Below, one piece after another: positions 46,760 to 55,429 of a DNA stretch of 64,000 nucleotides. The DNA is from an uncultured delta proteobacterium. Lineage in GTDB: Bacteria; Myxococcota_A; Polyangia; Haliangiales; Haliangiaceae. Within the stretch, counting starts at the first letter, position 1. Each line of letters begins with the position of its first letter. Under the pieces are notes generated by a model. It was not told the origin of the DNA and did not search any database. It saw only the letters and a list, made by a program, of their open reading frames with translations. The stretch covers positions 512,001 through 576,000 of the forward strand of contig CAVUQH010000004.1 in the NCBI GenBank assembly GCA_963743525.1, written 5' to 3'. The translations under genes and the position numbers were made by a program.

Positions 46760-47882
46760 GTGCGGCGTGCAGTGGCGCTCCTTGTCGTGGCCGCCTGCGG
46801 CGGCGGGCCGGCCATCGCGGTGGACGGGCAGCCGTGCGACGACGCCGGGGTTTGTCCGCAGGGACAGAGGTGCGAGCCCGACGGCATCTGCCGCCGGCAG
46901 CCGGCCACCGACTGGATCTCGTTCGACGACGGGGTCGCGTATCCGGTCGAATTGTCCGGGCCGGGCGTGGTGGCAGCCGGTGATGCCGACGGCGACGGTC
47001 TGGCCGATCTGGTCTTCTCGTACGGGCCGCACATTTCGATGTGGCCGGGCGACGGCACGGGGACTTTCGGCCCTCGCGTGGCCTGGTCGATCACGCCGCG
47101 CGACACCGTCAACCTGGCGGTCGCCGACATCGATGACGACGGGCACAGCGAGCTGTTGGTCGGCGTTCGCCGCGAGTTCGACGCCGCCGTGCTGATCTAC
47201 CGCGGCGGCGACACGATGACGCCCGACGCGCTGCTGTCGGATCGGCAGATCGATGACATCGACACTGCCGACGTCGACGGCGATGGCGAGGTCAACGTGC
47301 TGATGCACCACGCCGAGTCGATCGAGATCGACTTCGGCGGCGGCGCCCGCGCCGACGTGCCACTGCCGGGCGCCGGCAATGACGTCGGCATCGTCGTCGC
47401 CGACCTCGACGGTGACGGCCTGCGCGACATCGTCTGCGCCGGCCCGCCCGGACTGCTGTACCGGCTGCGGCAGACCAGCGCCCGCGCGTTCGCCGTCGAC
47501 ACCATCGACGCGCTCAACCCGGCAACCTCGGGACTGTTCGCCGGGGAGTTCGATGACGACGGCGCCGTCGACCTGGGCGTCGTCGGGCCCGATCGCTTTC
47601 GCATCCTCGGCTCGACTGTTCAGGCCGACACCTTCGGCGACCTGCGCGCACCGGCCGTGGCCGCCGACCTCAACGGCGACGGCCTGACCGACGTGACCAC
47701 CCTGTTCGACCACCGGACCGTCGGTGTGGTTGCGCGATCCGGCGCGGCCGGCGACGTTCCTCGGCGCCCCGCGTCTGGACGGGCTGGCCGGCAGCCTGGC
47801 CATCGACGACGTCAACGGCGACGGCCGCCCCGACATCGTCGCCGCGTCGAACGACGACGTCGTCGTCTACCTTCAGCGGTAA
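46760..47882 (+). CDS. FG-GAP/VCBS repeat lipoprotein, apparent frameshift near 47705
   Basis: Lipobox VAAC; repeated D(A/I/V/L)(D/N)GDGxxD motifs. The last repeat IDDVNGDGRPDIV...YLQR* is in a shifted frame. Confidence 0.85.
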
Positions 47883-47931
47883 AGGGCGGCAACCGGGCCA
47901 CCACCCGGCGGCAAACGTGGTCGGATCGATC

Positions 47932-48810
47932 ATGGCGTCACGGGGGATCCTCATCGCGCTCCTGGCCTCGACCGCGGTCGCCACCGGATGCGCGACGCTC
48001 AACCGCAACGATCCGCGGTCGACGGCGGTCGAGCGGCGCAACCGGCCGGCGCACGCCGGCGGCCCGGCGCTGCGCGTGGTCACCTTCAACGTCCACGGCC
48101 AGACGGCCCGGGCCATCGCCCGCAGCCTGCGCCACGCCCCGGCCCTGCGCGGTGCCGACGTCGTCTTCCTGCAGGAGGTCGAAGAGCACGCCGGCGAAAC
48201 CCCGACCCGCCCGGCGGAGGTCGCTCGCGACCTGGGGATGAGCTACGCCTACGCTCCCGGCTACGGGCTGCCGGGCGGTGGCAGCCACGGCGTCGCCATC
48301 CTCAGCAAGCTGCCGCTCGAAGACGTCCGCGTCATCGAGCTGCCGCGCTTCCGCGTGGTCGTCAACTCCGCGCGCCGCGTGGCGATCGCCGCCACCGTGC
48401 GCGCCGGCAAACGCCGCTTGCGCCTGTACGCCGTGCACCTGGACAACCGCATCAGCCCGGCGCAGCGGACGCGACAGCTGGCGCCGGTGATCGCCGACGC
48501 CGATCGACACCGGCGCATCCCCGCCATCATCGCCGGGGACATGAACACCTCGCCTTTCGGTTGGGTCGGGCACCTGTTGCCGATTCCCGGCGGCCATCAG
48601 GCCCGCCGGCTCGAACGTTTCGTGCGCGCCGCGGGCTTCGCGACGCCGGTGACCGCGAGCGGTCCAACGAGCCAATGGCTCTCCATGCGCCTCGACGCCA
48701 TCTACGTGCGCGGGCTCGTGGTCACCGACTTCGACGTTGCCCGCGGCGTGCGCATCTCCGACCATCTGCCGCTGTGGGCCCAGCTTTCGCCTGCCGGCGG
48801 GCGGCGGTAG
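47932..48810 (+). CDS. Endonuclease/exonuclease/phosphatase (EEP) family lipoprotein
   Basis: VTFNV, FLQEV, VHLD, AGDMN, RLDAI, SDHLP; lipobox ATGC. Confidence 0.9.
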   Translation: MASRGILIALLASTAVATGCATLNRNDPRSTAVERRNRPAHAGGPALRVVTFNVHGQTARAIARSLRHAPALRGADVVFLQEVEEHAGETPTRPAEVARDLGMSYAYAPGYGLPGGGSHGVAILSKLPLEDVRVIELPRFRVVVNSARRVAIAATVRAGKRRLRLYAVHLDNRISPAQRTRQLAPVIADADRHRRIPAIIAGDMNTSPFGWVGHLLPIPGGHQARRLERFVRAAGFATPVTASGPTSQWLSMRLDAIYVRGLVVTDFDVARGVRISDHLPLWAQLSPAGGRR

Positions 48811-48841
48811 ACAGCCGGTGCAATCGCGGTAAGGTCCGGCC

Positions 48842-49711
48842 ATGAAGACCCGTCGCATCGCAGATCTCGAAGTGAGCTGCATCGGCCTCGGCGGCATGCC
48901 GCTGTCGCTCGAGGGACGCCCCGACGACGACGACGGCGTGCGCGTGATCGCTGCCGCCATCGACGCCGGCATGACGCTGATCGACACCGCCGACGTCTAC
49001 TGCATCGACGACGACGACATCGGCCACAACGAACGGCTGATCGCGCGCGCCCTGCGCGAGCACGCCGCCGCCGGTCACGTCGTCGTCGCGACCAAAGGTG
49101 GGCTGCGCCGGCCCCGCGGCGCGTGGGTCACCGACGGCAGGCCCGAGCATCTGCGGCGCGCGTGCGAGGCCAGCCTGCGCGCCCTGGGCGTCGACGCCAT
49201 CGAGCTGTACCAGCTGCACGCGCCGGACGACGACGTGCCGTTCGCCGACAGCGTCGGTGCCCTGGCCGAGCTACAGCGCGAGGGCAAGATCAAACGAGTC
49301 GGCCTGTCCAACGTAAGCGTCGCCGAGATCGAGGAGGCGCGGGCGATCGTCGAGGTGGCCAGCGTGCAAAACCGCTGCAACCCGATGGACACCGCCGCTT
49401 TCGACGACGGTGTCGTCGCCCACTGCGCCGAGCAAGGCATCGCCTTCCTCGCCCACAGCCCGGTCGGCGGCCACCGCGGGCACGTGCGCGTCGACACCAA
49501 CCCGGTCCTCGGACAGGTCGGCGCGCGCCACGGCGCCAGCCCGTATCAGGTCTGCCTGGCGCTGCTACTCGATGTCGCCGGAGTGATGATCCCGATCCCG
49601 GGCGCCAGCAAGATCGCCAGCGCCCAGTCGAGTGCGGCGGCGGCCGCGCTGGAGCTCAACGCTGACGATCGCGCCGAGCTCGTGCGGGAGTTCCCGGCCG
49701 TCCGGAGGTAG
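48842..49711 (+). CDS. Aldo/keto reductase
   Basis: IGLGGM, IDTADVY, VATKGG, LYQLH, VGLSN, SVQN, PIPG. Confidence 0.93.
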   Translation: MKTRRIADLEVSCIGLGGMPLSLEGRPDDDDGVRVIAAAIDAGMTLIDTADVYCIDDDDIGHNERLIARALREHAAAGHVVVATKGGLRRPRGAWVTDGRPEHLRRACEASLRALGVDAIELYQLHAPDDDVPFADSVGALAELQREGKIKRVGLSNVSVAEIEEARAIVEVASVQNRCNPMDTAAFDDGVVAHCAEQGIAFLAHSPVGGHRGHVRVDTNPVLGQVGARHGASPYQVCLALLLDVAGVMIPIPGASKIASAQSSAAAAALELNADDRAELVREFPAVRR

Positions 49712-50975
49712 CCGCGGAGCCATTGCGACGGCGGCCGCCGCGGCGACGGCCGGAGCCGGGACGAGACGCCCCGCCACCCTTCTTGGCGCCGGGGCGGCCG
49801 GGCTTGGAGCCCTGGCGCGACCCGCGCGACACCTTTTCGAGCTTGCCGAAGTCGGCGGCGAACGGGTGGTCCGAGATCGGCACCGACGCCTTGACCGTAT
49901 CCTCGATGGCGCGCAGGAAGCCGCGCTCCTCGTGGGCGCAGAACGACAGCGCGACGCCGCTGGCGCCCGCGCGGCCGGTGCGGCCGATGCGATGGACGTA
50001 GGTCTCCGGCTCGTTGGGCAGGTCGAAGTTGACGACGTGCGAAACCTCGTCGATGTCGAGGCCACGGGCCGCGATGTCGGAAGCGACGAGCACGCGGGTG
50101 TCGCCCTTCTTGAAGGCGGCCAGCGCGCGCTGGCGCTGTCCCTGCGACTTGCCGCCGTGGATGGCGGCGGCCACGACCTGGCGCTTGGTCAGCTTCTTGG
50201 CCACGCGATCGGCACCGTGCTTGGTGCGGGTGAAGACCAGCACGCGGCTGAAGGCGTCGTCGTCCAGGAGGTGGCGGAGCAACTCGACCTTGTTCTCGCG
50301 CGCGACCAGATAGACCTCTTGCGCCACGGTCTCGGCGGTGGTCGCCTGCGGCGTGATCGACACGCTGACCGGATCGCAGAGCAGGCCGTCGGCCAGCGCG
50401 CGGATCTCGCGCGGCATGGTCGCCGAGAAGAGCAGCGTCTGCCGCTTGTCGGGCACCTCGCGAACGATCCGGCGGATGTCGGGGAGGAAGCCCATGTCGA
50501 GCATCCGGTCGGCTTCGTCGAGCACCAGCACTTCGACCTGGCCCAGGCGAATGTAGCCCTGGCTGATCAGATCGAGCAGACGGCCGGGGGTGGCGACGAG
50601 GATGTCAACGCCGCGGCGAAGCGCGCTGACCTGACGGGCCTGGCTGACGCCGCCGAAGATGACCGTGCTGCGCAGGGGCAGGAACTGTCCGTAGGTGGTG
50701 AGGCTCTCGCCGATCTGCGCCGCGAGCTCGCGGGTGGGGGTGACCACCAGCGCGCGGATCGGGCCGCGGCCGGCCGGGTCTTCGGCCAGCTGCTGGAGGA
50801 TGGGAAGCGAGAAAGCGGCCGTCTTGCCGGTGCCGGTCTGGGCACAACCGAGGAGATCGCGGCCGGCCAGAGCCGGCGGAAGCGCGCGCTCCTGAATCGG
50901 CGTTGGCTCCGAATACCCCGCGCGGCCGAGGGCCCGCAGGATGGGCTCGGCCAGGCCGAGCTGAGTAAACTGCAT
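49656..50975 (-). CDS. rhlE: DEAD-box RNA helicase (RhlE-like)
   Basis: [48 protein letters not shown]. Confidence 0.92.
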   Translation of the reverse strand: MQFTQLGLAEPILRALGRAGYSEPTPIQERALPPALAGRDLLGCAQTGTGKTAAFSLPILQQLAEDPAGRGPIRALVVTPTRELAAQIGESLTTYGQFLPLRSTVIFGGVSQARQVSALRRGVDILVATPGRLLDLISQGYIRLGQVEVLVLDEADRMLDMGFLPDIRRIVREVPDKRQTLLFSATMPREIRALADGLLCDPVSVSITPQATTAETVAQEVYLVARENKVELLRHLLDDDAFSRVLVFTRTKHGADRVAKKLTKRQVVAAAIHGGKSQGQRQRALAAFKKGDTRVLVASDIAARGLDIDEVSHVVNFDLPNEPETYVHRIGRTGRAGASGVALSFCAHEERGFLRAIEDTVKASVPISDHPFAADFGKLEKVSRGSRQGSKPGRPGAKKGGGASRPGSGRRRGGRRRNGSAATSGRPGTPARARRDRQR

Positions 50976-51094
50976 GATTTCCGTACTGTTTCGTGCCGCG
51001 GGGCCCTGCCCTACAGGATGGTCGGAGCAAGGCCGCTCCACGGCGAAGGTAGGCCTGAATAGCACCGCAACGGCCGCCAAACAAGCAAAACCAT

Positions 51095-51730
51095 TCAGTG
51101 GGGCAGCGCTGCGGCCATCTCGTGCGCCCAGCGGCGGACGTCGTCGCGCACCGGCTGGTCGGCATAATAGAGGTAGCACTCCTCACTGCGACCGCGGATC
51201 ACGCGCAGCCCGTAGAGGTGCGCATCGTGGGCGGTCACCACCGTGCAGGCGTCTTCCTCACCGTCGTGCTCGTAGAACAGGTGCACCCAGTCGTGCCGCT
51301 TGTTGAACACGTAGGCCGCAGCGGTGTTGGAGAACATCGCGGTCAGGCGCCAGCCGCGGCGCTCCGTGCGCAACACCGGCAGCCACGCGCGACCGCTGCG
51401 GTTGAAGCGCCGGGGCGCGATCCGCGGCAGGTTGCCGTCGGCGGCCAGCTGCCGGTACTCGCGGTCGACCTCGAGCAGCAGCTCGACGTCCGGTCGCGGC
51501 CACATCGGGTGGGCGCGCGGCGGCGGTCCCAGGCGGCGATCGAGCTCGGCGGCGACGGTCCCGATGCGGCCCTCACCGAACCCCGGGACCGCCTCGAGCC
51601 GGCCGTCGTAGCAGGCCAGCTCGAGATCTTCCAGGGAGCAGATCCCGGCTTCGAGGGCCCGTTGCGACAGTTTCGCGCCGATCCCGGGCAGGCCGGCAAT
51701 CTGTTCGCGAACCATCTCGGTGTCGGGCAT
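51095..51730 (-). CDS. Helix-hairpin-helix protein (PolX-like HhH pair plus uncharacterised C-terminal domain)
   Basis: LPGIGAK and VPGFGEGR HhH motifs, [14 protein letters not shown], then RIAPRRFN...AWLPVL...TAMFSNT...HDWV...CTVVT...RVIRGR. Confidence 0.8.
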   Translation of the reverse strand: MPDTEMVREQIAGLPGIGAKLSQRALEAGICSLEDLELACYDGRLEAVPGFGEGRIGTVAAELDRRLGPPPRAHPMWPRPDVELLLEVDREYRQLAADGNLPRIAPRRFNRSGRAWLPVLRTERRGWRLTAMFSNTAAAYVFNKRHDWVHLFYEHDGEEDACTVVTAHDAHLYGLRVIRGRSEECYLYYADQPVRDDVRRWAHEMAAALPH

Positions 51731-51793
51731 CGTCGATCTTCAACCATGCATCTTCGATACCGGCGGGCTCGCAGCCGTCCCCGGCAAGTCGAC

Positions 51794-51823
51794 CTGCCAC
51801 CCTGGAGGATCGCCAGGGGGCAG
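51794..51823. terminator. GC-rich hairpin downstream of the ABC exporter (possible terminator)
   Basis: CTGCC-A-CCCTGG / AGGATCG / CCAGGG-GGCAG stem-loop; no U-tract follows it on the minus strand. Confidence 0.35.
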
Positions 51824-51870
51824 AAATTCAGTCCCGCGAGCTCTAGAGGTGCCACCGCCGTGGCGGCGAG

Positions 51871-53751
51871 TCAGCGCCCCTTGGGGACGGTCCGCAGCGC
51901 GAAGAGCGGCGACTCGGCATCGTCGTCGCCGTCGCCGGCCGGCGCGGCCGCGCCCAGCGCGCGCTCCGCACCCTCCTGCTCGCGCAGCAGCGCCGCGTAG
52001 TGGCCGTCCCGCGCGACCAGCTGGTCGTGGGTGCCTCGCTCGACGATCCGGCCGCCGTCGAGGACGACGATCAGGTCCGCGGTGCGGATCGTCGACAGCC
52101 GGTGGGCGATGACCAGGCTGGTCCGGTTGGCGAGAAGCGGCTCGAGCGCGGCCTGAATCAGCGCCTCGTTGTGGCTGTCGAGGGCGCTGGTCGCCTCGTC
52201 GAGGATCAGGACGCGCGGGTTGCGCAGCAGCGCCCGCGCGATGGCCAGGCGCTGGCGCTCGCCGCCGGACAGCCGGTAGCCGCGGTCGCCGACGATCGTG
52301 TCGTAGCCATCGGGCAGCGCCGCGACGACATCGTGGATCTGGGCCGCCTGCGCGGCGGCCTCGACCTGCGCGTCGGTGGCGTCGGGGCAGGCGTAGCGGA
52401 TGTTGTCGCGGATCGACGTGTGGAACAGGTAGGTTTCCTGGGTGACGACCGCGATGTGACGGCGCAGCGAGTCCAGCGTCACCGCGCGCAGGTCGCGGCC
52501 GTCGATCGTCACCCGGCCAGAGGTCGGATCGTGGAGGCGCGACACCAGCGCGGCCAGCGTGGTCTTGCCGGCACCCGATCGCCCGACCAGCGCGACGCAG
52601 GCCCCGGCCGGGACGTCGAGGTCGACGTCGACCAGGATCGGCTCGCCGTCGTCGTAGGCGAACCCGACGTGGTCGAAGCGCAGGCCGCCAGCGGGCCGCT
52701 CGAGCTCGGTCGCGTCGGGCCCGTCCTGGATCGCGGGCTCGAGGTCGAGGACCGTGAAGACGCGATCGAAGTAGGCGTACGACGTCACGACGTCGACGTG
52801 GACCGAGGCCAGCGCCCCCGCCGGGGTGTACAGCCGCTTGAGCAGGGCGACGAACGCGATCACGGTGCCGACCGCGAGCCTGCCGTCGATGACCAGCAGG
52901 CCACCGGCGCCGTAGACCAGGGCGGGGCCGACGTCCTGGAACAGCTTCATCATCATCTGGAACCAGCGACCGACCAGGCTGTGGCGCAGCGACACCTCCA
53001 TCAGCGCCCGCGCGCGGCGCTCGAGCCGGGCCGCCTCGTGCTCCTCGGTTCCCGAAACCTTGAGCAACAGCGCGCCTGACACCGACAGGGTCTCGAGCAG
53101 GACGCCGGTGACCTCGGCCAGCGCGCGCTGGGCGCCGCGCTTGAGCGCCTTGCGCTTGCGACCGACACGACGGGTCGGAAGGACGAACGCCGGCAGCAGC
53201 CCGAGCGCGACCAGCGACAGCCGCCAGTCGAGCCACACGATCGCGACGATCGCTGTCGATAGGACCGCCGTGTTCTGGATCGCCTTGACCAGGTTGTCCC
53301 GCAGCATCTGGCCGACGCCCTGGACGTCGTTGAGCACCCGAGACACGACCTCACCAGGCTTGGCCCGAGTGAAGTAGGTGAGCGACTGCTTCTGCACGTG
53401 GCGGAACAGCTGCAGACGCAGGTCGTACATGACGTGCTCGGCGATCGAGGCGGCGAGGTAGCGCTGAACGACGCCGAGCAGACCGGCGAGCAGGGGTCCG
53501 GCGATCATGCCGCCGCACAGCAGCAGCAGCTCGCTGCGGCGGTGCAGCGGCAAGGCGTGGTCGACGATCCGCTTGATGCACAGGGCCGGCACCAGGCCGA
53601 ACAGCGCGCCGACCAGGATCGACACCACGACCAGCATCGCCGACCGGCGGTAGGGACGCAGGTACGACAGGATCCGGCGCAGCGTCGCCCGCTGGACCTC
53701 GGGCAGGTCCGACGGGTCGATGTGCGATCGGCGCGTGGTGGTCAGGCTCAC
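51871..53751 (-). CDS. ABC exporter, fused TMD-NBD (MsbA-like)
   Basis: Six-TM domain, GRSGAGKT, LSGGERQR, ILDEATSALD, IAHRL; GTG 53751 overlaps the upstream stop. Confidence 0.93.
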   Translation of the reverse strand: MSLTTTRRSHIDPSDLPEVQRATLRRILSYLRPYRRSAMLVVVSILVGALFGLVPALCIKRIVDHALPLHRRSELLLLCGGMIAGPLLAGLLGVVQRYLAASIAEHVMYDLRLQLFRHVQKQSLTYFTRAKPGEVVSRVLNDVQGVGQMLRDNLVKAIQNTAVLSTAIVAIVWLDWRLSLVALGLLPAFVLPTRRVGRKRKALKRGAQRALAEVTGVLLETLSVSGALLLKVSGTEEHEAARLERRARALMEVSLRHSLVGRWFQMMMKLFQDVGPALVYGAGGLLVIDGRLAVGTVIAFVALLKRLYTPAGALASVHVDVVTSYAYFDRVFTVLDLEPAIQDGPDATELERPAGGLRFDHVGFAYDDGEPILVDVDLDVPAGACVALVGRSGAGKTTLAALVSRLHDPTSGRVTIDGRDLRAVTLDSLRRHIAVVTQETYLFHTSIRDNIRYACPDATDAQVEAAAQAAQIHDVVAALPDGYDTIVGDRGYRLSGGERQRLAIARALLRNPRVLILDEATSALDSHNEALIQAALEPLLANRTSLVIAHRLSTIRTADLIVVLDGGRIVERGTHDQLVARDGHYAALLREQEGAERALGAAAPAGDGDDDAESPLFALRTVPKGR

Positions 53752-55418
53752 CAGCGCGACCTCCCGTCGGGGCTGGCCGCCATCGCCGCGTAGCGCCACA
53801 GCGCCAGGTCGTCGGGGGCGCTGCGCAGCGCGCGCTCGAGCAAGGCGTGGCCGCGGTCGCTCGCCAGCAGCGGGCCCAGGCTCTTGATCGCCGCCGCCGG
53901 CCAGGTGCCGACGTGGTCGAGGCGCAGCAGCCAGGCCGCGGCGTCGTCGAGGCCGAAGATCGAGTCGAGCGCCTCCGAGCACTGGCCGATCACGCGCTCG
54001 CGCAGCTCCCACGCCCGCGGCGCGTCGAGGCCGATGAGCGAGCGCATGACCGCGCGCGGCGCCCGCGTGACCATCTTGCTCCGCCAGCGCCAGGCCCGGT
54101 CGTCGTCGAGGCCGCGGGTCGCGGTCAGCGCCGAGATCGGCGCGGCGGCGCGGGCGCCGGCGCGAACCTCCCAGGCCCGCGGGCCGGCGACCCCGCCCAC
54201 GCCCGAGCACGCGGTGGCTGCGGTCTCGAACTCCTCGAGCCCGTCGACGCCACCCTGGGCGGCGAGCCAGCGATCGCGAATCTCCCAGGCGCGGGCACCG
54301 TCGACGCCGCCGACCGCGGACATCGCCGGGTCGCCGTCGAGGCTGGCGCGCACCGACCACGCGACCTCGTCGTCGCGACCGCGAAGCGCCGATGCGACCT
54401 CGCGCGGCGCCGGGCCGGCGAGGGAGTGCAGCATCGCCGCGGCCTCGTCGCGCATCGCCGCCGGGCCGATCAGCGACGACGCGACCCGGCCCGGGGCCTG
54501 GTCGCGCAGCGCTCGCCGCAGCCGCCACGACGCCGGATCGTCGAGGGCGCGCAGCCCGGCCCCGACCACGGCCGGGACCTTCGCGGCCAGGGCCTCGCGG
54601 CGGTCGTCGATGCCCGGCCCGGCGAGACCGCCGAGGAAGTACGCGGCGAGCCCGGGCTCGCGACCGGCACGCGCGTCGATCCACGCCAGCAGCGCCGCGG
54701 CCGCGCCGGCGATGCCGCCGGTCGCCGCGGGCATCGGTGTCGGGGCGGGCAGCCGGGCGCGGGCCGCCGCCGCCCCACCCTCGCGCGCGGCGAGGATGGC
54801 CTCGACCACGGCGTCGACCAGAGCGTCGAGGTCGACGTCGGTGTTGTCCACGACCACCCAGCGCTCGGGCGCGCGTGCCGCCATCGCGCGGTAGCCGTCG
54901 CGCAGCCGCCGCTGCAGCGCCTTGCCGGTCAGGCCCTTGCGCGACGGCGGTCGCCGCGTGGGCTCGATGATCTTCGACACCCGGCGCCGGGCCCGGGCCA
55001 GGCGGGGATGGACGTCGACCAGGATCACCAGGTCGGGCGTGACGCCACCGGCGGCGACCTCGACCAGCGGCGCGACCTCGGCCGGGTCCAGACCGCGCCC
55101 CGCGACTGCCAGCGCCTCGGCGGTGTAGACGAACCGGTCGGCGAAGACGATGTCGGCCCGGCCCAGCGCCGGCCGGGTGACCTCGTCGAGGAGCTGAACC
55201 TCGCGACCGAGATACAGCATCAGCTCGGCCCGCGGGCTGAGCGCCAGGTTGCGGGCGTCGCGACCCAGCTCGCGCATCGCCTGGGTCACCTGCGACGCGA
55301 ACCGGCCGCCCTCGCGGACGTGCTCGACGGCGAGGCCGCGCTCGCGCAACCGAGCCGCAGCCCGGTTGGACAGGGTCGTCTTGCCGCTTCCGTCGATTCC
55401 TTCGAACACGATGAACAT
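53748..55418 (-). CDS. Thymidylate-kinase-like protein fused to a C-terminal helical-repeat region
   Basis: MFIVFEGIDGSGKTT, AELMLY, ADRF, PDLVILVDV, then about 9 repeats of (L/V)xG(L/V)DxxxAWx(L/I/V)R. Confidence 0.85.
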   Translation of the reverse strand: MFIVFEGIDGSGKTTLSNRAAARLRERGLAVEHVREGGRFASQVTQAMRELGRDARNLALSPRAELMLYLGREVQLLDEVTRPALGRADIVFADRFVYTAEALAVAGRGLDPAEVAPLVEVAAGGVTPDLVILVDVHPRLARARRRVSKIIEPTRRPPSRKGLTGKALQRRLRDGYRAMAARAPERWVVVDNTDVDLDALVDAVVEAILAAREGGAAAARARLPAPTPMPAATGGIAGAAAALLAWIDARAGREPGLAAYFLGGLAGPGIDDRREALAAKVPAVVGAGLRALDDPASWRLRRALRDQAPGRVASSLIGPAAMRDEAAAMLHSLAGPAPREVASALRGRDDEVAWSVRASLDGDPAMSAVGGVDGARAWEIRDRWLAAQGGVDGLEEFETAATACSGVGGVAGPRAWEVRAGARAAAPISALTATRGLDDDRAWRWRSKMVTRAPRAVMRSLIGLDAPRAWELRERVIGQCSEALDSIFGLDDAAAWLLRLDHVGTWPAAAIKSLGPLLASDRGHALLERALRSAPDDLALWRYAAMAASPDGRSRW

Positions 55419-55429
55419 GAGGTCTCCGG

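Noticed and set aside
49656..49711. Convergent 3' overlaps (AKR/helicase 56 nt; GNAT/membrane protein 134 nt) as antisense regulation
   Set aside because: Low-complexity tails running on for lack of stops are common at this GC content, and an indel could also explain them.
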